Source: an uncultured Gemmatimonas sp. | GTDB lineage: Bacteria; Gemmatimonadota; Gemmatimonadetes; Gemmatimonadales; GWC2-71-9 | Assembly (NCBI GenBank): GCA_964521535.1 | Contig: CAZFSA010000003.1 | Location: forward strand, 1 to 61,056 | DNA length: 61,056 bases | Direction of reading: 5' to 3' | Shown here: positions 1 through 8,954 of the stretch, one piece after another | Layout: each line of letters starts with the position of its first letter | How positions within the stretch are numbered: the first letter of the stretch is position 1 | Position numbers and translations under genes: made by a program | Notes under the pieces: generated by a model | Told to the model about the DNA's origin: nothing | Database searches by the model: none | Seen by the model: the letters and a program-made list of their open reading frames with translations, nothing else

Positions 1-15
1 GCCAGGGAGGTACGG

Positions 16-363
16 GTGGATGCCGACCGGGGAGGGCCGGTGCTTCCCGCGCGAGTGCTGCTCGAGCGCCGGGCCGGCGCGGAGGGCCACGCCCGGCTTT
101 TCGCCGAGCTGGCGCGCGCGGTGGACCTTGCGGCCCGGCCGGTAAGCGGTGTGGCCGTGCTGGACAGCGGGGTGTATGGTCATGCCTGGAGCGAGGTCTG
201 GCTCGAGGGCCGGTGGCTCGCCGTCGATCCGACCTTCGGCCAGGTGCCGGCCTCCACCCGGCTGGTGCGCGTCACCGTGGGCGGCGCCGGCCGCGCCATC
301 GACCTGGTGCCCGTCCTGGGCTCCGTCACGTTCACGCCAGTCTCGCCAGCGACGGCCCAATGA
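16..363 (+). CDS. Transglutaminase-like domain protein, C-terminal part (probably begins before the window)
   Basis: HAWSEVW...WLAVDPTFGQ motif typical of transglutaminase-like cores; stop overlaps the next ATG (ATGA at 360-363). Confidence 0.7.
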   Translation: MDADRGGPVLPARVLLERRAGAEGHARLFAELARAVDLAARPVSGVAVLDSGVYGHAWSEVWLEGRWLAVDPTFGQVPASTRLVRVTVGGAGRAIDLVPVLGSVTFTPVSPATAQ

Positions 364-1118
364 TTCAGCTGACCGATCTCACCAAGTGCTACGGCCGGTT
401 CACGGCGGTGGCGGGCATCACGCTGGAGATCCCGCCCGGGACCCTCTACGGCCTGCTGGGCCCCAACGGGGCGGGCAAGACCACCACGATGCGGATGATC
501 GCCGGGATCCTCCGGCCCACGTCCGGGACCGTGACCGTGGCGGGGTTCGACGTGGTGAGCCAGCCGATGCAGGCCAAACAGCGGCTCGGCTTCATTCCCG
601 ACCGCCCGTTCGTCTACGACAAGCTGACCGGGGTGGAGTTCCTCCGGTTCGTGGCGGGGCTCTACGGCCAGTCGGGGCCGGAGGTGGAGCGGCGGATCGA
701 CGAGCTGCTGGAGCTGTTCGAGCTCACGCCCTGGAAGCATGAGCTCACCGAGTCGTACAGTCACGGGATGCGCCAGAAGCTGATCATCTCGAGCGCCCTG
801 GTGCACCGGCCCCAGGTGATCGTGGTGGACGAGCCGATGGTGGGGCTCGACCCCAAGAGCGCCCGGCTCCTCCGGAACATCTTCCGGCATTTCGTGAATC
901 GCGGAGGGACGGTGCTGATGAGCACCCACACCCTGGAAATCGCCGAAGCGATGTGCGACCAGATCGGGATCGTCTTCGGCGGCCGGCTGGTGGCCGCGGG
1001 CACCATGGCCTCGATCCGGGAGCAGACGGCATCGGGCGACGCCAGTCTGGAGGACGTGTTCCTCAAGCTCACCGGCGGGCACGTGGAGCGCGAGTTGGAT
1101 GCCGTCCTCGGCGCCTGA
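360..1118 (+). CDS. ABC transporter ATP-binding protein
   Basis: Walker A GPNGAGKTT, signature YSHGMRQK, Walker B VIVVDEP, H-loop STH; ATG at 360. Confidence 0.95.
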   Translation: MIQLTDLTKCYGRFTAVAGITLEIPPGTLYGLLGPNGAGKTTTMRMIAGILRPTSGTVTVAGFDVVSQPMQAKQRLGFIPDRPFVYDKLTGVEFLRFVAGLYGQSGPEVERRIDELLELFELTPWKHELTESYSHGMRQKLIISSALVHRPQVIVVDEPMVGLDPKSARLLRNIFRHFVNRGGTVLMSTHTLEIAEAMCDQIGIVFGGRLVAAGTMASIREQTASGDASLEDVFLKLTGGHVERELDAVLGA

Positions 1119-2817
1119 GGCCCCGCCCCGGGGCTCCGGGGTGGTACGAATCCTCTATCCCAAGTGGCGCGCCGTGCTGGCCCGGCTGGCGCGGGAGCGC
1201 TCCGGGGCGGGCACCCGGGTGCTCCTCCTGGTGCTGATCGGCGGCGGGTTCTGGCTCGGCGCGTTCGGGGTGTTCTACCGGGTGCTCAAGTACCTCGGCA
1301 CCACGCCCGAGATCGGCGCCCTCCTGGCCGGCAAGATCCTGAGCATGATCCTGCTCGCCTTCGGGTCGATCCTCCTGCTTTCCAACCTGGTCACCGCGCT
1401 CTCGACCTTCTTCCTGGCCAAGGACCTCGACATGCTGGTGGCCGCCCCGGTGGACTGGGGACGCCTCTACCTGGCCAAGCTGGGCGAGACCGTGATCCAC
1501 TCCTCGTGGATGGTGGCGCTGATGCTGGTGCCCATCCTCACGGCCTACGCGGTAGTGTACGACGGGGGTGTGCTCTTCCCCTTTGCCGCGCTGGCGGCGC
1601 TGGCGCCGTTCTTCGTGCTCCCCACGGTGGTCGGGGCCGCGATCACGCTGGTGCTGGTGAACGTCTTCCCCGCCCGCCGCACCCGGGACCTGCTCAGTCT
1701 GGTGGCGATCGGCGCGGTGGCGGGCGTGGTGCTGTTCCTCCGGTTCCTGCGGCCGGAGCAGCTCTCCCGCCCGGAGGGATTCCGCAACCTGGTGGACTTC
1801 GTGGCGGAGCTCCAGGCGCCGGCCCATCCGCTTCTCCCCAGCGAGTGGGCGGCCAACGCCATCATGAACTGGCTCCAGCACGTGGGCGACCCGCTGCCGC
1901 TCCTCCTGCTCTGGTCCACCGCCGGCGCGTTCGTGGTGATGGGCGCCGCGCTCCACAGCCGCCTCTTCCCGACCGGATTCTCCAAGGCCCAGGAGGGCGC
2001 CGACCGCTACGTGGCCGGGCTGTTCTGGCAGCGGCTGATGAGCCGGGCGCTCCGGTTCCTGCCGGTGACCCGGCGGGAGTTCGTGATGAAGGACCTCCGG
2101 GTCTTCTTCCGCGACGCCACCCAGTGGAGCCAGCTGATCCTGCTGGCGGTGCTGCTGGTGGTGTACGTCTTCAACATCCGGGCGCTGCCGCTCTATACCG
2201 GCGAGCGGGTGCCGTACATGCTGGTGACGCTGGTGGTGTTCCTGAACCAGGGACTCGGCGGGTTCGTGCTGGCGGCGATCGCCGCGCGGTTCATTTTCCC
2301 GTCGGTGTCGCTCGAGGGCCGGCAGCTCTGGCTCCTCAAGTCGAGCCCCCTCGACCTCAAGGCGATGCTCTGGAGCAAGTACTGGGTGGGCACCGCGCCG
2401 CTCCTGGTGGTGGCGCTGGTAATCACCTTCGTGACCAACGCCATCCTCCGGGCCTCGCCCTTCATGATGTTCCTGAGCCTGGTGACCATCGCCTGCTTCA
2501 CCCTGGCGGCGGGGGCCCTGGCGCTGAGCCTCGGGGTGCTCTACCCCCAGTTCGACACCGAGAACGCGGCCCAGATCCCCACCAGCTTCGGCGGGCTGGT
2601 GTTCATGATGGCGGCGATCGGCCTGCTTGCGCTCATCATCGTGGTGGAGGCCAAGCCGGTCTCGGCCCACCTGGCGGAGTACCAGCAGTACGGACGGGCG
2701 CCCTCGTTCACGCCGGATCTCTGGCTGGCGGTGCTCCAGGTCTTCCTCATCTCCGCGGGGTTCACCCTCGTTCCCCTGCACCGGAGCCAGAAGCGGCTCG
2801 AGGCGCTCGAGCTGTAG
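1099..2817 (+). CDS. Putative ABC exporter permease (multi-pass membrane protein)
   Basis: 572 aa with many hydrophobic helices; overlaps the ABC ATPase gene. Confidence 0.85.
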   Translation: MPSSAPEAPPRGSGVVRILYPKWRAVLARLARERSGAGTRVLLLVLIGGGFWLGAFGVFYRVLKYLGTTPEIGALLAGKILSMILLAFGSILLLSNLVTALSTFFLAKDLDMLVAAPVDWGRLYLAKLGETVIHSSWMVALMLVPILTAYAVVYDGGVLFPFAALAALAPFFVLPTVVGAAITLVLVNVFPARRTRDLLSLVAIGAVAGVVLFLRFLRPEQLSRPEGFRNLVDFVAELQAPAHPLLPSEWAANAIMNWLQHVGDPLPLLLLWSTAGAFVVMGAALHSRLFPTGFSKAQEGADRYVAGLFWQRLMSRALRFLPVTRREFVMKDLRVFFRDATQWSQLILLAVLLVVYVFNIRALPLYTGERVPYMLVTLVVFLNQGLGGFVLAAIAARFIFPSVSLEGRQLWLLKSSPLDLKAMLWSKYWVGTAPLLVVALVITFVTNAILRASPFMMFLSLVTIACFTLAAGALALSLGVLYPQFDTENAAQIPTSFGGLVFMMAAIGLLALIIVVEAKPVSAHLAEYQQYGRAPSFTPDLWLAVLQVFLISAGFTLVPLHRSQKRLEALEL

Positions 2818-2853
2818 AATGCCCCGCGGGCGGCCGGCGGCTGCTCCGACAAG

Positions 2854-4554
2854 TCACCCGGGCGGCAATGGCTCTCCCCCTTCCCGAAGTGCCCGCACCA
2901 TCCGGTCGTCGCCGGTCAGCTCCCAGTGGATCAGCGAGACCGGAATCATCCCCGCCGCGTTCACTTCGTCGAAGAACCGCCGCAGCGTGAACCCGTCGCC
3001 CAGCTGGCGGGCCCGCAGGGCCATCGTCTCCTCCATCAGCCGCCCCCCGGTCACGTAGCTGGCCCCGTAGCCGGGCTGCCGGAGATAGAGGTGCTGCTCG
3101 AAGCCGAGCAGGGGGTCCCGGCGCATCCAGCCCCGCGGGGTCCAGTTCACGTGGATATCGCCCGCCTGCTCCATGGTGAGATCGTTGGCATGGGCGAAGA
3201 GATTCCCGAGCCCGCGCGCGGCCCGGGTGATCAGCATGATCCACACAATCTCGCGGGAGCGCGGGCTCTCGTCGTAGAGCCCGGCGTGCATCATCCACTC
3301 CTCCATCGCCGTGGCCATGCCTTCCGACCGGCTCATCCACACGTTGTAGAGCAGCGGGCCCCGGCGGATCGGGCTCGGGTGGGGCGATACCCGAAGCCGC
3401 ATGTTGTCCCACCAGTGATACAGATGGGTCCAGAGCGGAATCGGATCCCGATGGTTGGTTTGCGAAAAGAAGTTCCTGCTCTCGGGAGGCGAGAAGCCGG
3501 GCATCCGCTCCCGGAGGGCCCGCTCCATCCAGGGCTCCATGGTGACGATACCCTGCTCTTCCATGAAGCGGAGGTAGCGCCGAATGGCCCGGTCCTGGAG
3601 CGCGGCGAACGCCTCCGGCGTTTCCGCCACCGGCAGCGGCGGCAGCGCCCGGTTGCGGTTCTCCTCCAGACGCAGCGAGGCGTGGGCCCGGGCCAGCTCC
3701 CGGCGCGTGATGGTGACCTCGTCCTCCCAGGAGAGCGGCACCAGCAGCACGTTCCGGAGGAACCAGGTGTACTGCGCCTTGCCGATGCCCGACGGACCGG
3801 TCCGCCCGGGCGACTCGTCGCGAATCCACTGCGCGAACGCGTCGGTCGCCGCGCGGGCCTCGGCGATCGCGGCCGCCAGGGTCCGATCCGCGCTTCCGGC
3901 CCGCTGGCCGAGCCGCGTCAGGGCCTGGCTCTGCTCCTCGAAGGCCCGGACTCCGCCCACCCAGAGGTCGCGAGCGGTAGCGCCGGCCAGGTTGATCCGG
4001 GCCTGGCGGAGGAGCGGCGGGATGGTGCGGAGTTCTTCCGTCAGGCGGCGGGCGGCCTCCGGCGTGAGCGGTACCGCGGTGTCGAGCGCGGTACGGGGCC
4101 AGATCGAGTACCGCCAGAGCCGGATGGCGCCGTGGATGGTGGGCCCCTCGCGGTCGGGGGTATCGCTCTCCGCGGTGAGCACCGAGGCGTAGTACGCCGG
4201 ATCGCGGGCAAAGGGCTGGAGCACCGACAGGTGGTACTGCATCCCGTTCATCTCGGCGCGGACCAGGTGGTAATCGACCTGCTCCGGGATCGACCAGCCG
4301 GTGGTGTCGATCGCGGCCAGCCGGCGCTGCCAGCGGGCCAGTTCCTCCAGTCTCCGGGCGTTGGTAGGCGGGGTGTAATCGGGGACGCCGCCCACCCGAG
4401 GCGGTTCCTCGAAGGCGCGCCAGTCGTTGAACAGCGCGACCAGGTCCGCGTGGGTCCTGGCGCCCTGACCCGCGGCCACGGCCGCCGTGCCGGCGATCAG
4501 GGCCAGGGCCAGGCCGCACGGGAGGGCGATGCGGGTCAGCGCGGCGTGAGGCAT
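2854..4554 (-). CDS. Secreted DUF885-like protein
   Basis: Signal peptide MPHAALTRIALPCGLALALIAG; EG-x-A-x-x-E region, QPGYGASY and C-terminal FTLRRFFD..AGMIP pattern; start taken at ATG 4554. Confidence 0.7.
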   Translation of the reverse strand: MPHAALTRIALPCGLALALIAGTAAVAAGQGARTHADLVALFNDWRAFEEPPRVGGVPDYTPPTNARRLEELARWQRRLAAIDTTGWSIPEQVDYHLVRAEMNGMQYHLSVLQPFARDPAYYASVLTAESDTPDREGPTIHGAIRLWRYSIWPRTALDTAVPLTPEAARRLTEELRTIPPLLRQARINLAGATARDLWVGGVRAFEEQSQALTRLGQRAGSADRTLAAAIAEARAATDAFAQWIRDESPGRTGPSGIGKAQYTWFLRNVLLVPLSWEDEVTITRRELARAHASLRLEENRNRALPPLPVAETPEAFAALQDRAIRRYLRFMEEQGIVTMEPWMERALRERMPGFSPPESRNFFSQTNHRDPIPLWTHLYHWWDNMRLRVSPHPSPIRRGPLLYNVWMSRSEGMATAMEEWMMHAGLYDESPRSREIVWIMLITRAARGLGNLFAHANDLTMEQAGDIHVNWTPRGWMRRDPLLGFEQHLYLRQPGYGASYVTGGRLMEETMALRARQLGDGFTLRRFFDEVNAAGMIPVSLIHWELTGDDRMVRALREGGEPLPPG

Positions 4555-4717
4555 GAGAAGCTTCTGGCGGAGGATGCTGCGAAGGTAGGGCCCGCTCCAA
4601 TCCCACGCCAGCCGGGCGCCGGGGCGCCGGCCCTCAGCTACTGCGCGCAGCGCGCCGAGCCGACATCGGCCCGCTGCGGAGGGAGTGTGCTGGTCGGTCC
4701 TGACGGCCCCCAAGGGC

Positions 4718-5674
4718 CTAGGGTGACACCTGCCGGAGGGCCGCGTCGAGGAGCGTCACCAGCGAGTCGCGAGGGATGGTGAACCGGTGGCCCTGGTTGA
4801 GCAGGACCAGTTCCTCGAGCAGCTTCTGGGCGACCCGCGTCATGCCGGGGCCGGCGCTGGTGACCAGGTAGCGGGACTTGGGCGCCGGATCGGTCAGCGC
4901 GTGGTGGACCGCCTCGGCCACGTCGATCGGGTCCTCGTACTGGTCGTATCCCGCCATGACCCGGCCGAGCCGGCGAATGTCCTCGGGATAGCGGGACCGG
5001 GCGGCCCGGGCCTCGACGTCGCCAAGGCGGGAGAGCGCCGCGCGGCCCGCCTCCGAGCGGTAGTTGCCGGGCTCCACCGCGCTCACCTTGACGTCGAAGC
5101 GGGCCAGCTCCGCCGCCAGCGCGTCGGTGAACGCCTCGAGGGCGTGCTTGGTCATGCTGTACGCGCCCAGCATGGGCCCGCTCAGGACACCCGAGACCGA
5201 GCTGATGTTGCTGATCCGTCCCTTCGACTCGATCAGCATCGGTGCGAACGCCTTCACCAGCCGCCAGGGGCCGTAGACGTTGACGTCGAACTGCCAGACC
5301 ATCTCGGACTCTTCGTGCTCGATCAGCGGGCCCACGATGGCGCCCCCGGCGTTGTTGACCAGCCCGTAGAGCCCCCGGCCCTCCTTCCGCACCGTCTCCA
5401 CTGCCGCGGCAATCTCGTCGGGCCTCGTGACGTCGAGTCGGATCGCCTTGACGTTGGGCAGGCGGTCGAGCGCCGCCAGATCCTCCGACCTCCGGGCCGT
5501 GGCGTAGACGAAGTACCCGCGCGAGGCCAGGACGTCGGCGATCCGGCGTCCGATCCCGCTGCTGGCGCCCGTGACCAGGACCGCCTTCTGCCCCGACGGC
5601 TGCGGCTGGGCCGCCACCTGCGGCGCGGGCGAGGCGGCGAGGGCAACGAAGGCGAGCGCTCGGAACGTGGCCAT
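4718..5674 (-). CDS. SDR-family oxidoreductase with N-terminal signal-like segment
   Basis: TGASSGIG, NNAG and YSMTK (YxxxK) motifs. Confidence 0.9.
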   Translation of the reverse strand: MATFRALAFVALAASPAPQVAAQPQPSGQKAVLVTGASSGIGRRIADVLASRGYFVYATARRSEDLAALDRLPNVKAIRLDVTRPDEIAAAVETVRKEGRGLYGLVNNAGGAIVGPLIEHEESEMVWQFDVNVYGPWRLVKAFAPMLIESKGRISNISSVSGVLSGPMLGAYSMTKHALEAFTDALAAELARFDVKVSAVEPGNYRSEAGRAALSRLGDVEARAARSRYPEDIRRLGRVMAGYDQYEDPIDVAEAVHHALTDPAPKSRYLVTSAGPGMTRVAQKLLEELVLLNQGHRFTIPRDSLVTLLDAALRQVSP

Positions 5675-5772
5675 GGGAATCTCGAAGGGGAGGTTTGGCT
5701 GCGACTCGGCCCGGATCGGGGCGCCGGAAGACTCGGATCGACGGGAGCGGCTGTCAAGCCGCTCGGCCAACC

Positions 5773-6591
5773 TCACGGACGGGCGATCCCTTCCAGGAAG
5801 TCCACGATCGCCGCGATCATCCGGTCGCCCGCGAGCAGTTCGAGATCGTTGTGGTCGGCGCCGGGAATCATCACCAGCCGCTTGGCACCGGGCGCCGCCT
5901 CCCAGAGCCGCTCGCTCTGCCGCGGCGGGATGATTCCGTCGCGGTCGCCGGCAACCACCAGCAGCGGCACCTGCAGCCGGCGGATCCGGTCCAGCGAGGG
6001 ATAGCGCTCGCGGAGCAGGAGCCCGACGGGCAGGATCGGATAGTGATGGCGGCCGACATCCGCGAGGGACGTGAAGGGCGAGCGCAGGATCAGGGCGGCC
6101 GGCGGTCGCTCGACCGCGAGCCCCACCGCCACCGCCGCTCCCAGCGACTCGCCGAGGTAGGCTACCCGGTCGGGGGCCACCCCAGGTTGCCGGTCAACCC
6201 AGTCCCGGGCGGCGCGGGCGTCGAGTGCCAGCCCGCCTTCCGACGGCGCCCCCGGGTTGTCGCCGAAGCCCCGGTAGTCGAAGAGCAGGGTGGCGATGCC
6301 GCGCCGAGCCAGCGCCAGGGCGAGTGGCCCGCGGAACCCGCGGTGGCCGGCGTTGCCGTTGAAGACAATGACGGTCCACCCGGTCGGGGGACCGCTGGGG
6401 GGAACCAGCCAGCCGTGCAGCGTGAGGCCGTCGGCCGTGGGGAGCGAGACCGGCTCCGCGTCGGGCAGGCCGGCCCCGGCGGGCCCGGGCACCCCGCCCA
6501 TGGGAAAGTAGATGAGCCGCCGCTGCCCGGCCCAGACGAGGACGAGGAACAGGGCCACGACGGCGAGGAGGGTGAGCGCCAGGCGGAGCAC
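5773..6591 (-). CDS. Alpha/beta hydrolase with N-terminal membrane anchor (Bem46/ABHD13-like)
   Basis: QRRLIYFP, FNGNAG, DYRGFG, GESLG nucleophile elbow, GADHND; start uncertain (GTG 6591). Confidence 0.85.
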   Translation of the reverse strand: MLRLALTLLAVVALFLVLVWAGQRRLIYFPMGGVPGPAGAGLPDAEPVSLPTADGLTLHGWLVPPSGPPTGWTVIVFNGNAGHRGFRGPLALALARRGIATLLFDYRGFGDNPGAPSEGGLALDARAARDWVDRQPGVAPDRVAYLGESLGAAVAVGLAVERPPAALILRSPFTSLADVGRHHYPILPVGLLLRERYPSLDRIRRLQVPLLVVAGDRDGIIPPRQSERLWEAAPGAKRLVMIPGADHNDLELLAGDRMIAAIVDFLEGIARP

Positions 6592-6604
6592 GAGCCGGGG
6601 CTGA

Positions 6605-6660
6605 GTTAGCTGCAAGTGATGAGGAGGTTGTTCACTGAGCCGTAGCGCTGCACGACGGGG
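6605..6660 (-). mobile_element. IS481-like element end remnant
   Basis: Minus strand reads ...VVQRYGSVNNLLITCS*, resembling the NNLL-type terminus and terminal repeat of IS481 transposase genes. Confidence 0.45.
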
Positions 6661-6859
6661 TTTGACGGGGTTTGTCGAGAACACGCAATCGGCAAACGCC
6701 AGAGGACTCAGAGAACCAGCACAAGTTAGCAGGATTGACCCCGGTGGGGCGGGCCGGGATGGGCTGGCGGCTGGAAGGCGGCTATGAGCGGCCCGCCATA
6801 GTTCGCTCCAGATCGTGGCGGCGCTGCAGATGCCTCTGGCGTCGGTCGTCCACGTCCAG

Positions 6860-7045
6860 CGGGACTCGGGTGGCGCCGGCTCCCGCCCGCGGTCCGCCCG
6901 TGCACCGCTACGAGCGCCGGGTCCCCCGGGCCCTGGTCCATCTGGACATCAAGAGGCTCGGCGGGTCGGCCAGGGTGGCCGGCGGATCCACGGCAACCGG
7001 CGGACGCGGGTGCGGGGCATGGGCTGGAAGTACCCGCAGGGACGA
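6860..7045 (+). pseudogene. IS481-family transposase fragment (frameshifted)
   Basis: PVHRYERRVPRALVHLDIKRLG, then in another frame GGRRIHGNRRTRVRGMGWKY, matching the RYE..PG.LVH.D.KKLG / GGHRI.G...GWEY block of IS481 transposases. Confidence 0.75.
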
Positions 7046-7049
7046 ATCG

Positions 7050-7155
7050 ACCAGGTCCACGCTCGATGGCGACGTTCCTGACCCTGGCGTCCTGCCGGCA
7101 GATGAGATGATGACGTTTGTCGGGGTCCGCGTCGTAACTGCGCCGCTGGGCCACG
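7050..7155 (-). pseudogene. Fur-family regulator remnant (C-terminal metal-binding region)
   Basis: Translates YDADPDKRHHLICRQDARVRNV versus FEVNPDEHHHFICRKCGRVWDV in the intact fur at 11497-11985; DNA 7071-7152 aligns by eye with 11608-11688. Confidence 0.7.
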
Positions 7156-7573
7156 AGCACGGCCTGGCTGACCTGAGGGCTTGAGAAGGCCCTCGCCGCA
7201 GGCCAGATGGGCCTCAGGCAGGATGGGCCATACCCAACGAGCCTAACGGCAGGCCCGATGCCGTTGCGGACGCTTGAGACATGAAGACGACCTTTCGCCG
7301 GACAGCGAGAAGACCGTGGGCGTACATGCCCTCCCGACCCCACCTTCCAAACGCCTCCTCGACCTCGTAGATCGGGCTCCAGCTGGTTCCGGCGACGGTG
7401 CACGCCTCACTGATACTTCGTCCGCTGATTGGCCGCGGTTAGCGTGCTGCCCCGGGTGTCAATAGTCCCCTCTTGGTCAACTGAGTGACTTAGGCACCCG
7501 AGCTTGCGACCGAAGGGGCGGCAGGCAGACCCTCTCCCTAGCCCCCCACCTGTCCGCTCAGTTCGCGCCATAT

Positions 7574-7879
7574 TCAGGTTTGACCCCTGGGGTCGTCTAC
7601 GAACCCGTGTCGGATGCCGAGGACCACGAGATTCGGGTTCGACGTCGCCGCAAGGGTGCCACGCAGTTCGTGCAGGTACTGGTTCACCGTGTTCACGCTT
7701 ATTCCAAGGCTCCGCGCGATGCCTTTGGCAGGTAGGCCGTCGGCCAACGCCCTGAGCACGGCCGCCTTTCGAGGGCTTAGGGCCAGGCTTGGATCGATAC
7801 GTGACGTGACGCAACGCGACCGCGACACCGGTCCCTCAGCGGGTATACGACCAATATCGTTACGGGGGGGGGGGCACAA
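7574..7879 (-). CDS. Stand-alone LuxR-type HTH transcriptional regulator
   Basis: LSPRKAAVLRALADGLPAKGIARSLGISVNTVNQYL matches the LuxR/GerE HTH; start uncertain. Confidence 0.75.
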   Translation of the reverse strand: MCPPPRNDIGRIPAEGPVSRSRCVTSRIDPSLALSPRKAAVLRALADGLPAKGIARSLGISVNTVNQYLHELRGTLAATSNPNLVVLGIRHGFVDDPRGQT

Positions 7880-8048
7880 GAGGGTGAATAGTTCAGCTTA
7901 CCTGGTCATACCGTTCGCCGACGCACCTGGCACCGTGTGCTCCCGTCCGATTCTTGATCATCCCAGGAACTGAGGATTGTCGCTGCGGACGAACTGACGA
8001 AAGTTCAGACCCACGACCCACAGCAACCGTATAGGCCGGAACGAGATA

Positions 8049-8639
8049 ATGCTCCTCCAGAGCGACCGCCAGCACGCCGGCCTTCTGCGAACCGAGAGGC
8101 TCCCAGCGGCCGGCTACATTCGGCTTGTTCGGCTCTCCAGTAGCTGCCCTCAGGTCCACCTTGGTGTGCTCGTCGCCTTGCTGCTGATCTGCTTGAGCTG
8201 CACCTTCAACCGCGACATCCTTTCGCTAGACCTCGCAGATGGCAGCAATGTGAGCACCCTGGCCGGTGTCAATGATACCGTCGCCGTCCTGATGTATGAT
8301 CCCGCTGATTGCTTCACCTGCTCGACGCCGGTTCATGGCTGGCTCAGCTGGCAATCGGCGTCCGCTCATCGAACGGTCGTCCTTGTCCTCACGCGCCGCC
8401 CGACGCCGCTTGAGCGAAAGCTGCTCGTAGCGGCACGCCTTCGGGTGGGACCGACTCTGCGCCACACGGGCTCACGTCACCCGTGGCCAGCAATCGCGCT
8501 ATTTGCCCATGGCAGGACGCTCGCGATTGTTCGCGGCCGCACCGCCGTCCGGTCACTCGCCGACAACTACCTGCACGACCCGATCGCGATTGTCGCACCT
8601 GGCGCCGGCCCGCAGTCAGACCGTACCCATCCACAATAG
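8049..8639 (+). CDS. Putative exported/lipoprotein with thioredoxin-like CxxC motif
   Basis: Hydrophobic stretch ending LLLICLSC (lipobox-like); beta-strand then DPADCFTC; true start probably downstream of 8049. Confidence 0.6.
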   Translation: MLLQSDRQHAGLLRTERLPAAGYIRLVRLSSSCPQVHLGVLVALLLICLSCTFNRDILSLDLADGSNVSTLAGVNDTVAVLMYDPADCFTCSTPVHGWLSWQSASAHRTVVLVLTRRPTPLERKLLVAARLRVGPTLRHTGSRHPWPAIALFAHGRTLAIVRGRTAVRSLADNYLHDPIAIVAPGAGPQSDRTHPQ

Positions 8640-8658
8640 CAACAAAAGGGGCCTACAC

Positions 8659-8838
8659 ATGCAGACCACACTTGCTCTAAAGCGCGGACTGTTGCTCGCG
8701 TTGCTTCCACTCTCCGCTGGCACCCTCGTCTCGGGCCGCCCGGTTGAGGCGCAGGAGTTCTGTTACAAGATTCATCCCGTGACGGGTGTGTGCGAGTCTC
8801 CTGCTCTCACGGGCTGCAGCAAGGGCTGCAAGGGCTAA
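8659..8838 (+). CDS. Small secreted cysteine-rich peptide (59 aa)
   Basis: RBS-like AAAAGGGG before ATG 8659; Sec signal ending V-E-A; mature QEFCYKIHPVTGVCESPALTGCSKGCKG with 4 Cys. Confidence 0.75.
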   Translation: MQTTLALKRGLLLALLPLSAGTLVSGRPVEAQEFCYKIHPVTGVCESPALTGCSKGCKG

Positions 8839-8865
8839 CCGATTCGACGTACGCTTCGTACTTGA

Positions 8866-8902
8866 CCGAACCCTGGTCCGTGGGCCGGCACCAGGGCTTC
8901 GG
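8866..8902 (+). terminator. GC-rich stem-loop after the peptide gene (terminator or mRNA-stabilising hairpin)
   Basis: CCGAA-CCCTGGT-CCG pairs with CGG-(C)-ACCAGGG-(C)-TTCGG; no U-tract. Confidence 0.4.
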
Positions 8903-8954
8903 GGCCGTTGGCGCAGCTACTGGCCCCTCCGGACGATGACCGCGAGGCAACGCG

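Noticed and set aside
7241-7444. GCCTAAC ... GTTAGCG as an attC
   Set aside because: About 200 bp apart with no complementary arms
8833-8913. attC after the peptide gene (GGCTAAC ... GTTGGCG)
   Set aside because: The stop codon does sit in a GGCTAAC, but the arms next to the two boxes do not pair as L''/L'; only an internal hairpin is supported
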